A stretch of 64,000 bases of DNA from Planctomycetota bacterium (GCA_044222185.1 JBGANV010000001.1:96001-160000); one strand, 5' to 3'; numbered from the stretch's first letter, positions 1 to 9,732 are shown. The notes: generated by a model not told the origin, from the sequence alone. Program-made: numbers and translations.

Positions 1-1
1 C

Positions 2-982
2 TGGGAAGGCGGTCATCACGGCGCAGCGGATCACGCACACGGTCACGCCGCACCCGCCCACGCGCCCGCGCCGGCTTCCGCGCACGGCGCGCACGCGCAT
101 GATCCGCACGATGCGCATGGGCACGCGCACCCGGCGCCGCACGGTGCACACGGCGCACACGGGCATGACGCGCACGCGCCTGCTGCGGCCGCGGCGAGTC
201 ACGCCCCAGCGGCGCACGACGACCACGGACACCACGGCGAGCCGCACGAGTCGCCGTGGCGCATGGCCCTTCCGCTCGTCGTCCTCGGCACCCTCGCGGT
301 GATCTCGGGTGGCATCGGAATCCCCGGCGCGCCCGGTTCGACCTGGATGGAGCATCGGGTCAACGAAGAAGCCCTGGTCAAGGGCATGATGACCGAGTCC
401 GTCATCGCGACCGAAGAGACGAAATCCGTCTTCGAGAAGCAGTTCATCCACGAGGTCGAGGGCGGGGCGGCCCCCGCGTCCGAGATCGGGCGCGAGTACA
501 AGGAAGCGTGGCACCACGCGCACATCCCGGTCCTTGCCGTGTCCGCCTGCGCGCTCTTGTTCGGAATCGGCGGCTCGTACTTCTTCTTCATGGTGAAGCG
601 CGGCCGCGACTACGTGTCGCCGTCGGCGATCCTCAGGTCCTTCCGCACGACGCTCGAGAACCTCTGGTACGTCGACGCGTTCTTCATCAAGGGCGTCGTG
701 CCGGTGGTCGGGCTCGTCATGGGCGTGGCGGCAGCGTTCGACAAGTTCGTGATCGACGGGATCGTCAATCTGTGCGCGACGATCACGCGGTTGATCTCGT
801 GGGTTTCCGGCAAGTTCGACTTCAACGTCGTGGACGGCGCCGTCCGCGGCACCGGAGACGCCGTGATGGCTGGTGGAACCGCCATGCGGAAGACCATCAC
901 CGGTCGGATCCAGGACTACGTCAAATACACCGTGCTCGGCCTGGCGATCCTGATGCTGATCGCTGCGCTGATGCCGCACTGA
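2..982 (+). CDS. nuoL: NADH-quinone oxidoreductase subunit L, C-terminal part (5' end outside window)
   Basis: Frame open from window edge; PHESPWRMALPLVVLGTLA motif, WYVD...FD..VIDG...TG.IQDY lateral helix and final TM; directly upstream of nuoM. Confidence 0.93.
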   Translation, partial: WEGGHHGAADHAHGHAAPAHAPAPASAHGAHAHDPHDAHGHAHPAPHGAHGAHGHDAHAPAAAAASHAPAAHDDHGHHGEPHESPWRMALPLVVLGTLAVISGGIGIPGAPGSTWMEHRVNEEALVKGMMTESVIATEETKSVFEKQFIHEVEGGAAPASEIGREYKEAWHHAHIPVLAVSACALLFGIGGSYFFFMVKRGRDYVSPSAILRSFRTTLENLWYVDAFFIKGVVPVVGLVMGVAAAFDKFVIDGIVNLCATITRLISWVSGKFDFNVVDGAVRGTGDAVMAGGTAMRKTITGRIQDYVKYTVLGLAILMLIAALMPH

Positions 983-1036
983 AATTCGAGAACATCGTTG
1001 GACGCGCCGCGCGCGACGCGCGGCCTGTAGGAGAGA

Positions 1037-2827
1037 GTGACGAACATGCTGCTGACGCTGGCCATCTTCCTGCCCGTAGTGGGCGCAGCTGTGGTCCTGT
1101 GCTTGCCGTCATCGAACAAGGGGCTGATCCGCATGGTCTCCCTCCTGTTCTCGATCGCGACTCTCGTTCCGGTCGCCATGGTCGGCATCGGGTACGCAAA
1201 GAACCAGGACGAGAGCGCGGACGTGAAGCTCTCGAAGATGGCGGACGCGCGCGTCGCCGGAATCTCGGACACGGCCGTCCGGGCCGACGTGTCCAAGCTT
1301 CTCGAGAAGCCGATGGAGAACACGCCGGCGAACCTCGAAAAGCTCGCGAGCGCTGATCGCGGCAAAGCGGACCTCGCGTCTGAGACGAAGGCCCAGGAGC
1401 TCACGCGCAAGGGCGCCTATGGGGCCTGGCACGAAGCCTGGGAGCTCAAGCTCGCGTCCAGCCACGCGATCACCCGCGCGATCCGGTACGTCGAGTACTC
1501 GAGCTGGATCGAGCGCTTCAACATCAACTACTTCCTCGGCGTGGACGGGCTATCGCTGCCACTCCTCATCCTGACGGCGCTCCTCTCGGTTCTCTGCATC
1601 TACTACTCGTTCAGCATCGAGACCGGCGTCAAGGCCTACATGGCGCTGTTCCTGATCCTGGAGGCCGGAATCCTCGGCGTGTTCTCGTCCCTCGACTTCT
1701 TCCTCTTCTACGTGTTCTGGGAAGTGGTGCTTCTGCCGATGTACTTCCTCATCGGCTTCTGGGGTGGGCCGCGCCGCATCTACGCGTCGATCAAGTTCTT
1801 CATCTACACACTGGCTGGCTCGGTGATCATGCTCGTGGCCATGCTCGCGTTGTACTTCCACGCAGGGCAGAACTCGTTCAACATCCTCACGCTGATCGGG
1901 GCGTCGCCGGGGTTCGAGCGCGAGTTCCAGACTTGGATCTTCATCGGGCTCTTCGCCGGGTTCGCGATCAAGGTTCCCGTGGTGCCGTTCCACACGTGGT
2001 TGCCTGACGCGCACGTGCAGGCACCGACGGCCATCTCCATGATGCTGGCCGGAGTGCTCTTGAAGATGGGTGGATACGGCTTCTTCCGCTTCTCCTACAC
2101 GATGGCGCCGGACGTGAGCCGCTCGAAGGAGTTCGTGCTCTTCATCGGCATCCTGGGGCTGATCAACCTGGTGTACGGCGCGCTGTGCGCGATGGCGCAG
2201 AAGGACTTCAAGTCCCTCGTCGCCTACTCATCCGTGAGTCACATGGGCTACGTCCTGCTCGGACTCGCCGCGATGACCGACGCTGGGTTCCAAGGCGCTG
2301 CGTTCCAGATGCTGAACCACGGTGTCAGCTCGGCGATGATGTTCCTCCTCGTGGGCATCGTCTACGAACGAGCCCATCACCGCGACCTCGACAACTTCGG
2401 TGGCATGGGCCTTCAAATGCCCTACTACACGGGATTCGCGATCATCGGCTTCTTCGCCTCGCTGGGACTGCCAGGGTTGAATGGGTTCATCTCGGAGTTC
2501 CTGGTGTTCCAGGGCTCGTTCCAATCCGCCACGTTCTGGCAGGGCTCCTCGATCGTCTTCGGGCTCCCGCGGTGGATCGTCTACGCGGCGCTCCCGGGCA
2601 TCGTGCTGACGGCGGGCTACATCCTCTGGACCATCCAGCGCGTGTTCTTGGGCGCTGCGAAGAAGGAGGAGTACAAGCACTTCCCGGACCTGTCGTTCCG
2701 CGAGGTGATCTGCCTCGTTCCGTTGGCCTTCCTCTGCATCTACCTCGGCGTGAATCCGGGAATCGTCCTGCACTACATGGACGGTTCGCTGATGGCGCTG
2801 CAGCACTTCGTCACGAAGTCCGTCTGA
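1037..2827 (+). CDS. nuoM: NADH-quinone oxidoreductase subunit M
   Basis: LGVDGLS, FWEVVLLPMYFLIG, AIKVPVVPFHTWLPDAH, LLKMGGYG, AYSSVSHMG, GFISEF motifs; SD AGGAG before GTG. Confidence 0.96.
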   Translation: MTNMLLTLAIFLPVVGAAVVLCLPSSNKGLIRMVSLLFSIATLVPVAMVGIGYAKNQDESADVKLSKMADARVAGISDTAVRADVSKLLEKPMENTPANLEKLASADRGKADLASETKAQELTRKGAYGAWHEAWELKLASSHAITRAIRYVEYSSWIERFNINYFLGVDGLSLPLLILTALLSVLCIYYSFSIETGVKAYMALFLILEAGILGVFSSLDFFLFYVFWEVVLLPMYFLIGFWGGPRRIYASIKFFIYTLAGSVIMLVAMLALYFHAGQNSFNILTLIGASPGFEREFQTWIFIGLFAGFAIKVPVVPFHTWLPDAHVQAPTAISMMLAGVLLKMGGYGFFRFSYTMAPDVSRSKEFVLFIGILGLINLVYGALCAMAQKDFKSLVAYSSVSHMGYVLLGLAAMTDAGFQGAAFQMLNHGVSSAMMFLLVGIVYERAHHRDLDNFGGMGLQMPYYTGFAIIGFFASLGLPGLNGFISEFLVFQGSFQSATFWQGSSIVFGLPRWIVYAALPGIVLTAGYILWTIQRVFLGAAKKEEYKHFPDLSFREVICLVPLAFLCIYLGVNPGIVLHYMDGSLMALQHFVTKSV

Positions 2828-2842
2828 ACCGAGGACCCGCTC

Positions 2843-4393
2843 ATGTCGGACCAGGCATTGGCCTTCAATCACCTCATCGGAGCGATCAAGCACGACTTCG
2901 GTGCGATCCTCCCTGAGACGATTCTCTCGATCGTCATTTGCGTCCTCCTGCTCCACGACCTTCTCACGAAGGGCGTGCAGGCGAAGCGCGCCGGTGTCGT
3001 CGCGCTGATAGGCGTCGCGGCGACGGGGCTTTCACTCTGGCTGCAGGACGTTCCAGCGGCTGGCCGCGAGATCTTCGGCTGGTTCCGGGGCGCCGAACAG
3101 ATCGGGATGCTGCGAATCGACCGCTTCGGCACCTTCTTCAAAGGGCTCATCACCCTCGGTACCGGCATCTCCATCTTCATGACGATGTCGTTCAAGCCGC
3201 TCCGGCAGCGCCGGATGGGCGAGTTCTACGCGCTCTTGCTCGGCGCCGCGCTTGGCATGTTCGTTCAGGCTTCGGCGACGAACCTCGTGATGTTCTACTT
3301 CGGGATCGAGTTCGCCTCGCTCTCGTCGTACCTGCTTACGGCGTTCGTGAAGAGTGATCAGAAAGGGAGCGAGGCGGGCGTCAAGTACGCGATCTACGGC
3401 TCCGTTGCTTCCGGCGTGATGATCTTCGGGATGAGTCTGCTCTACGGGATGACCGGGAGCCTCCACATCAACGACCTCGCGCGGACGTTCACGGCGACCG
3501 GACTCACCCACGGGACGCTACTCATTGCGGGCGCGATGGTCTTCGCCGGCTTTGCGTACAAGATGGCGGCGTTCCCCATGCACTTCTGGTGCCCCGATGT
3601 CTACGAGGGCGCTGCCACCCCGTTCACGGCGTTCCTGTCCGTGACGTCGAAGGCCGGCGGATTTGCTCTGTTCGTGCGCTTCCTTCTGGCCTTCGGTGAG
3701 GGCTTCAAGGTCCTGAGCGATGGAGGCGGACGGTCGGCCGTCGACTGGCCGCAGCTCATCCTCGTGGCGTCGGCAGCATCGATGACGGTCGGGAACCTCG
3801 GGGCGCTCTGGCAGACGAACGTCAAACGCATGATGGCCTACTCGTCCATCGCGCATGCCGGATACCTGCTGATGGCGGTTGCGGTGATGACACCGCTCGG
3901 CGCGGTGGCGCCCTCGCCGAACGGTCAGTCCGGGCCGCTGCTCTTCTATTTCATCGCATACCTCTTCATGAATCTCGGGGCCTTCTACGTCGTCAGTCTG
4001 GTCGAGAACGACGCTGGCGGGACGACGCTGGACGCGTTCCGCGGTCTGGGGCGCCGGACTCCACTGATGGGGGCGTGCCTCGCGATCTTCATGCTGTCGT
4101 TGCTTGGTATTCCTCCGACCGCGGGGTTCACGGGCAAGTTCCAGCTGTTCATGGCCGTCATCGACAGGCGGATCTACTGGATTGCCGTCGTCGCCGGCAT
4201 CAACACGGCGATCTCGGCGTACTACTACTTCAGGATCTTGAAGGCGATGTACCTCGATGAGCCCAACGAGCAGGGGCCGTCGCGCTTCGCTCCGGCCGTC
4301 CAGATGGTCGTCGCGGCCCTCGTGATCCCGGTCCTGTACCTTGGAATCGACTTCAACCGTGTCGTGCACTTCGCCGAGCGCTTCGGCCTCTGA
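2843..4393 (+). CDS. nuoN: NADH-quinone oxidoreductase subunit N
   Basis: EAGVKY, YKMAAFPMHFWCPDVYEGA, KRMMAYSSIAHAGY, GIPPTAGFTGKF; follows nuoM. Confidence 0.96.
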   Translation: MSDQALAFNHLIGAIKHDFGAILPETILSIVICVLLLHDLLTKGVQAKRAGVVALIGVAATGLSLWLQDVPAAGREIFGWFRGAEQIGMLRIDRFGTFFKGLITLGTGISIFMTMSFKPLRQRRMGEFYALLLGAALGMFVQASATNLVMFYFGIEFASLSSYLLTAFVKSDQKGSEAGVKYAIYGSVASGVMIFGMSLLYGMTGSLHINDLARTFTATGLTHGTLLIAGAMVFAGFAYKMAAFPMHFWCPDVYEGAATPFTAFLSVTSKAGGFALFVRFLLAFGEGFKVLSDGGGRSAVDWPQLILVASAASMTVGNLGALWQTNVKRMMAYSSIAHAGYLLMAVAVMTPLGAVAPSPNGQSGPLLFYFIAYLFMNLGAFYVVSLVENDAGGTTLDAFRGLGRRTPLMGACLAIFMLSLLGIPPTAGFTGKFQLFMAVIDRRIYWIAVVAGINTAISAYYYFRILKAMYLDEPNEQGPSRFAPAVQMVVAALVIPVLYLGIDFNRVVHFAERFGL

Positions 4394-4412
4394 CGCAAAG
4401 GAAAGCCGGGCA

Positions 4413-4916
4413 ATGGATCACGCGGACCCGTTTCAATCGTTGTTTCGGATCGCCAACTACTCGTTCCTCGCGTACGCGGTGAAGTCGGCACTTCCGACGG
4501 TCGTCGATGATGCGGATCGTCGCGTGATGGCGATCTTCAACGATCTGTATCAACGCGAGCGACATTACGTGGTGCGGTGCCACGAGCTCATGGGCGAATC
4601 GGGTCGGTACCCGTCGACCCAGACGTTCGACCTGAACACGTCGTTCTACAATTTCGTCCAGCCGATCGCGCTGGCGAGGCACTACGGTGCTGAGGTCTCC
4701 CGGGAACTCGCTGGTTTGAAGGCGATTCGCAGTCAGGTGTCAACCGCGGACCCGCTGCATGCGAAGCTCGCTCGACTCGTCGACGACTTCGTCGCGATTC
4801 GGGAGGAGGGCCGCGCCAAAGTCGCCGAGGTCGTTGCGTCGGCGACACCGCCTCCCTCGGCCAAGCCGGCGCCTGCGGCCACGGCAACCGCGAAGCCGTC
4901 GGCCGGCCCGGCATGA
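4413..4916 (+). CDS. Hypothetical helical protein (possibly ferritin-like fold) with Ala/Pro-rich tail
   Basis: ATG at 4413 after AAGGAAA; fills gap between nuoN and the antiporter (ATGA overlap); fold is a guess from helical pattern and ERH motif. Confidence 0.7.
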   Translation: MDHADPFQSLFRIANYSFLAYAVKSALPTVVDDADRRVMAIFNDLYQRERHYVVRCHELMGESGRYPSTQTFDLNTSFYNFVQPIALARHYGAEVSRELAGLKAIRSQVSTADPLHAKLARLVDDFVAIREEGRAKVAEVVASATPPPSAKPAPAATATAKPSAGPA

Positions 4917-6574
4917 AGCTCGGGCGTGGAGCTGCCGTTGCCATCACTGCAATGATGGCGTTGCTCGGTGGCTCGGCCCTCGGAGCCGACGGCAGCGATC
5001 CGGGCGCGAGCCTGTCCCTCATCTGGGCGGCTCCGTTTGCTGGGTTGCTGCTCTGCATCGCGCTTTGCCCGCTTCTGGCCCCTCATTTCTGGGAGCACCA
5101 CTTCGGGAAGGTCTCCGCGTTCTGGGCCGCCTGCTTCGTGGTTCCTTTCTGGATGCAATTCGGTGCGCACGAGACGCTCCACCGGCTGTTCCACGTCTAC
5201 CTGCTCGACTACCTCCCGTTCATCGTCCTGCTCGGGGCGCTCTTCATCGTCGCCGGCGGAATCCTGATCAAGGGCTCGTTCCGCGGCACGCCGGCGACGA
5301 ATACCGCCTTCCTCGTGGTCGGGACGCTACTCGCGTCCTGGATCGGAACGACCGGGGCCTCGATGCTGATGATCCGCCCGGTCCTGAGAGCAAACCGGGA
5401 GCGGAAGTCGCGTGTTCACACCGTCGTCTTCTTCATCTTCCTCGTGTCGAACATCGGGGGATCCCTCACGCCGCTCGGAGATCCGCCGCTCTTCCTCGGG
5501 TTCTTGAGGGGTGTCGACTTCTTTTGGACGGCGCTTCACATCTGGCCTGAAACGCTGCTGGTCACGGGGCTCCTCGTCGGCGCATACTTCGCGCTGGATT
5601 CGTTCCTCTACCGAAGGGATGGGCCTTTGCCGCCGCGCACCGATGCCGGCGAGCGATTCGGCGTGGGCGGCTCGATCAACTTCCTCTTCTTCGCCGGCAT
5701 CATCGTCGCCGTACTGTTGTCGGGTAGCCTCGCCGAACATCCCGGCTTCTTCGACGCGCAGAAGGTCAGCGAGAAGGTCTCCCGGGCACAGGGGCTCGAG
5801 GGCGAGGTCCGCGTGCTGCTCGGCGGGGGGGCGCTCGGGAGTGAGGGCCAGCGGGCGGCGTTCGCGGCACACCGCGATGAGGTCCTATCCCGGGCCCGCA
5901 CCGCGACGGAACTGCGAACCGAAGCTCGCGAGGAGGGCTCCCGCGCGATCGAATTCAGCCTTGGCCGTGTTCCTCTGCTCGCCCTCCTGCGCGACGGCGT
6001 GATCCTCTTGATGGCTTTGCTGTCGCTCCTCCTGACTCCCCGCGAGATCCGCGCACGGAACGGGTTCAGCTGGGGACCCATCAAGGAGGTGGCGAAGCTG
6101 TTCGCTGGGATCTTCGCAACCATGCTTCCGGCGCTGATGATCCTGCAGGCGGGCGAGCACGGTGCCCTGGCCGCCGTCGTGAAGAGTGTCACCACGCCCG
6201 CGCGGTTCTTCTGGACCACGGGTCTCGTGTCGTCGTTCCTCGACAACGCGCCGACGTATCTCGTGTTCTTTCAAACGGCGCAGGTCACACCGATGGCCGA
6301 ATTCGCAGCACGCGGCGCCTGGGGCGCGGTCGATCCCGTCAAGCCCGGCGTCGTCGACATGCCGTCGATCGTGCTGGCTGCGATTTCCGCAGGCGCCGTA
6401 TTCATGGGTGCCAACAGCTACATCGGCAACGGGCCGAACTTCATGGTGCGAGCCATTGCCGAGAGCGAGGGCGTGCGGATGCCGTCGTTCTTTGGATACA
6501 TCGCCCGCTGGTCGTTGCCCGTGTTGATCCCGATCTTCGTCCTCGTGACTTGGCTCTGCTTCGGCGTGGGCTGA
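4913..6574 (+). CDS. IT-superfamily sodium:proton antiporter (NhaD/CitMHS-like)
   Basis: Polytopic membrane protein with IGTTGASM, SNIGGSLTPLGDPPLFLG, SSFLDNAPTY, YIGNGPNFMV motifs. Confidence 0.88.
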   Translation: MKLGRGAAVAITAMMALLGGSALGADGSDPGASLSLIWAAPFAGLLLCIALCPLLAPHFWEHHFGKVSAFWAACFVVPFWMQFGAHETLHRLFHVYLLDYLPFIVLLGALFIVAGGILIKGSFRGTPATNTAFLVVGTLLASWIGTTGASMLMIRPVLRANRERKSRVHTVVFFIFLVSNIGGSLTPLGDPPLFLGFLRGVDFFWTALHIWPETLLVTGLLVGAYFALDSFLYRRDGPLPPRTDAGERFGVGGSINFLFFAGIIVAVLLSGSLAEHPGFFDAQKVSEKVSRAQGLEGEVRVLLGGGALGSEGQRAAFAAHRDEVLSRARTATELRTEAREEGSRAIEFSLGRVPLLALLRDGVILLMALLSLLLTPREIRARNGFSWGPIKEVAKLFAGIFATMLPALMILQAGEHGALAAVVKSVTTPARFFWTTGLVSSFLDNAPTYLVFFQTAQVTPMAEFAARGAWGAVDPVKPGVVDMPSIVLAAISAGAVFMGANSYIGNGPNFMVRAIAESEGVRMPSFFGYIARWSLPVLIPIFVLVTWLCFGVG

Positions 6575-6588
6575 GGGGCGGAGGGCAC

Positions 6589-7359
6589 ATGCGGATCCGG
6601 TTTCTGGGAACGGGCACGTCGTATGGGGTGCCAAGGCTCTGCTGTGATTGCTCCGTCTGCACGTCGACTGACTCACGGAACCGTCGACTGCGGTCGAGCG
6701 TCGTGATCGAGGGCCCGGAGGGCCGCCTGCTGATCGACGTCACCCCCGACTTCCGCGCGCAGGCTCTCGCGTCCGGGATCCGGGATCTCGGCGGGGTCCT
6801 GATCACGCATTGTCATGCTGACCATTTCTTCGGCATGGACGACCTGCGGGGGATCACGGATCAGCGAACCACGCCGCTCTCCGTTTTTGCTTCGCAGTCG
6901 TCGTCCTCCGAACTCCGGAAGGTCTTCTCCTACGCCTTTCCGCCCGTCGGGTCCCCACGCGTCCCCGGGTTGCCTTACCTTGAGCTCCGGACCGTCCATG
7001 ATCGCGTTGCGCTCGAGGCGTGTGGCTTTCGCGTCCTTCCGATCGCTGCGCCGCATGGTCGTGGCGTCACCTTCGGGTACGTCGTAGGAGGTGCCGCGTA
7101 CTTCACGGACGTGAGCGACCTGCCTGAGACCGTCGTCAGTGAGATTCGCGGGGTCGAAGTGCTGATTCTCGACATGCTTCAGCTCGAGCCACACCCGACG
7201 CACCTGCACCTGGCGCGAAGTCTCGAAATCGCCTCACGGGTCGGAGCTCGTCAGACGTGGTTCATCCATATGGGCCACGAGATCGATCATGCGTCGGTCG
7301 AGGCGATGCTCCCTCATCGGATGCACCTCGCGTTCGACGGTGCTTTCGTCGATCTCTAG
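6589..7359 (+). CDS. MBL-fold metallo-hydrolase, PhnP-like phosphodiesterase
   Basis: FLGTGTS.GVP, CxCxxC, THCHADH (HxHxDH), YFTD, HMGH; SD GGAGG before ATG 6589. Confidence 0.9.
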   Translation: MRIRFLGTGTSYGVPRLCCDCSVCTSTDSRNRRLRSSVVIEGPEGRLLIDVTPDFRAQALASGIRDLGGVLITHCHADHFFGMDDLRGITDQRTTPLSVFASQSSSSELRKVFSYAFPPVGSPRVPGLPYLELRTVHDRVALEACGFRVLPIAAPHGRGVTFGYVVGGAAYFTDVSDLPETVVSEIRGVEVLILDMLQLEPHPTHLHLARSLEIASRVGARQTWFIHMGHEIDHASVEAMLPHRMHLAFDGAFVDL

Positions 7360-7364
7360 CGACC

Positions 7365-9233
7365 TCACTTCGCCCCGGCGGAGACGTCGACGACCTGCCA
7401 GGCGCTACGCCATGTCCGTTTGCCAGCTGCAAGCCCTTCGCACCACCAAACGAAACACTCGGCCCCGTTGGCGCGCAGTGCTCCGACGGTGATGGGCGTA
7501 GACAGCGACAGCGATCCGCAGGTGAACGTCGCCGTGCCCGGCATCGTCGACGTAGCCAGCCGCTCGGCGCGGCCCGTCGCGGTGTGACCGGAGGCGACCG
7601 AGGCGTGGAACAGGACCGCGTCGGTGACCGGACTGCCGTCGCCCTGGGCCGCACTGAGAGTGAACGGGCCACTGTCTGAGAGGCGGACGCCGGTTGCCGG
7701 CTCGACGATCGGAGCGCGGCCGATGGACGGGCCGTGCGCCAGGACGACGAAGCGGGGCCGCGCGCCGTCGACCGAGAGGGCGACGATGGCCGGCTGCGGA
7801 GTGGCGTTGGATTCGGCCGCCAGGAGCCGGACGAGATCTGCGCGTGGAAGGCGCACGAGGTCCAGTCCGGCGTCATTTCGGAACGGGCGGCGGACCGCCA
7901 GCGGAAGCGCACCCGAGAGAATGTAGGCGCCGTTCTGCACCGTGACTTCCTGACGCATGGGGGAACCTGGCCCATCGTCGGATGTGTTCGGGTCTCCGAG
8001 GCCGAGGACGAGGACGCGCGCCGGACCTGGGATCTCGTTGAGGTCAGAGAGGAGTGATTCGGCGGTCTTGCCCGCGGCGGCGTAGTTGTCGAGCGAGAGC
8101 CACAGGCATGCGGCCGAGGTCGCGACATAGATCGCGATGAGCATTACCAGCAACCCCCTCGATCGGCCGACGCTCCAAAGCCGGGCCGTCGTGGCCGCAA
8201 CCATCGCGGCGACGATCGCGGAGGGAAACGCGAGTGCCCGCCCCTGCTCCATCGCCGCGCCAACTGCAAAGGTGGGGCTTTGAAGCAGGATCGGCGTGAG
8301 GACGCCTACGGCGCTCGTGGTCAGGACGCGGAGGTCGCCCCTGCGCCGACCATGAAGCAGCCACATCACGAGGACCAAGACGGGCGGGACGAGGAGCCCG
8401 CAGACGATCGGCCATCGCGGAATGCCTCGGGCCGCGAGTAGGACGTCATTCGTCGGGACGGCGAGGTGACCGAGCGAGCGAACGAAGTTCTCGAGCGTGT
8501 GTGGCGAGAAGAGAGCCGGGAGGTAACTCTCGTGATTGTATGCGCCTGCGGCCGAGCCGAAGATCAGGCTCCGCACGTAGGCCCACGCCGCGGCGACCAC
8601 GAACGGAAGGCCAATGCGCACCCACTGCTTCGATCGTTGCAGCCGAGGCCCCGTCGGCAACGCCACGAGGTCCAGAACGAGTCCGGTTGGAACGAGCGCG
8701 AGCGCGGTCTCCTTTGAGCAGAACGCAAGCGTCAACCAGATCAGCCCCGCGCACGAGTGGCGCGGGCGCGCGATCCTTGCGCGGAGAAACAGCAGGGCGA
8801 AGCAGGCAAGGAGGAGGTCGCTTCTCGCAGCAAGCCAGCCCAACGCCTCCGCGGGGGCGGGCGCGGTCGCTGTGAGGACGAACGTGACGGCCATCGCCGC
8901 GCGCCGGGACGAAGCGACGCTTCGCGCGAGCATTGCGGCGCAGAGTGCCATCCCAACCCAGAGCGCCAGGCTTTGAAGGTGATGGCGCCGGCCATCCGCG
9001 CCGAAGGCGAAATGGTCGAGTTGGAACGTCAGAAGCGGGATCGGTCGGAAAGCCTCGAATCCGTCGGCCCACCGCTCCGTGAAGGTCCGAGCGATGCGGT
9101 CAGGGAGACCCGGGAACCGGGTCTGATGTTCGAGGACTTTCACCCCGATGAAGTAGTCGTCTGCAAGGAACCCGACCAGCCGCGCAGGCGAGAGCGTTAC
9201 GGCGATCATGGCGGCGACCGCGACGATGCCCAC
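7365..9233 (-). CDS. Integral membrane protein, GT-C-like (TMTC/PMT-type) glycosyltransferase candidate with C-terminal extracytoplasmic domain; start uncertain
   Basis: GFLADDY after first TM, FRP motif, EALGWLAARSDLL, SKETAL; multiple TMs. Confidence 0.65.
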   Translation of the reverse strand: MGIVAVAAMIAVTLSPARLVGFLADDYFIGVKVLEHQTRFPGLPDRIARTFTERWADGFEAFRPIPLLTFQLDHFAFGADGRRHHLQSLALWVGMALCAAMLARSVASSRRAAMAVTFVLTATAPAPAEALGWLAARSDLLLACFALLFLRARIARPRHSCAGLIWLTLAFCSKETALALVPTGLVLDLVALPTGPRLQRSKQWVRIGLPFVVAAAWAYVRSLIFGSAAGAYNHESYLPALFSPHTLENFVRSLGHLAVPTNDVLLAARGIPRWPIVCGLLVPPVLVLVMWLLHGRRRGDLRVLTTSAVGVLTPILLQSPTFAVGAAMEQGRALAFPSAIVAAMVAATTARLWSVGRSRGLLVMLIAIYVATSAACLWLSLDNYAAAGKTAESLLSDLNEIPGPARVLVLGLGDPNTSDDGPGSPMRQEVTVQNGAYILSGALPLAVRRPFRNDAGLDLVRLPRADLVRLLAAESNATPQPAIVALSVDGARPRFVVLAHGPSIGRAPIVEPATGVRLSDSGPFTLSAAQGDGSPVTDAVLFHASVASGHTATGRAERLATSTMPGTATFTCGSLSLSTPITVGALRANGAECFVWWCEGLAAGKRTWRSAWQVVDVSAGAK

Positions 9234-9550
9234 GGCCCAGTAGATGCGTTGTCGTGGCGTCAGGGATCTCTCCGGATCAGGGAATCATGAGGCGAGAGGC
9301 TACCTCGTTGCCCGCGGTCGGCACGCAACGAACCGACCCCGGTTCGCAAATGCCGCGGATGACCCCGCGAGAGGTGGGGCGGAGAGTGCCTCCCGCGATC
9401 GCCGCCGTCGCCCCCCCGGCGGAGGGGGGCGCGCGGCCGGAATTCGGTCGTCCGGTTCAAGAAAATGAGTCCGATTGGCGCGGGCCCGGCAGGCGCCAGC
9501 CCGTGGCTCAATTCCTTAAGCTCTTGTCTCTCAGTCTTTTACGAACGTTT

Positions 9551-9609
9551 CAAAAAAAAGTGCACCAAACCCTTGCGAGGGGGGAGGTCGAACCTACAAT
9601 CCGCGTCCC
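9551..9609 (+). promoter_or_regulatory. rRNA operon sigma70 promoter (UP element, -35, -10, discriminator)
   Basis: A-tract 9552-9559, TTGCGA 9573-9578, 16-bp spacer, TACAAT 9595-9600, GC-rich CCGCGTCCC. Confidence 0.8.
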
Positions 9610-9720
9610 AAGTTTTGAGGGGATGGTCGAGATGTGCGCGACGAACCATCCTGTTTGCGAAGCTGGGACGCCCGAAACGGGGCGCGCACGACCGGCGAGA
9701 CTGCTCAACAGGATCGCCTC

Positions 9721-9732
9721 GTCTTTGAAAAT
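9721..9732 (+). promoter_or_regulatory. boxA-like antitermination element in rrn leader
   Basis: GTCTTTGAAAAT; near-identical copy GTCTTTGACAAT in the ITS. Confidence 0.65.
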
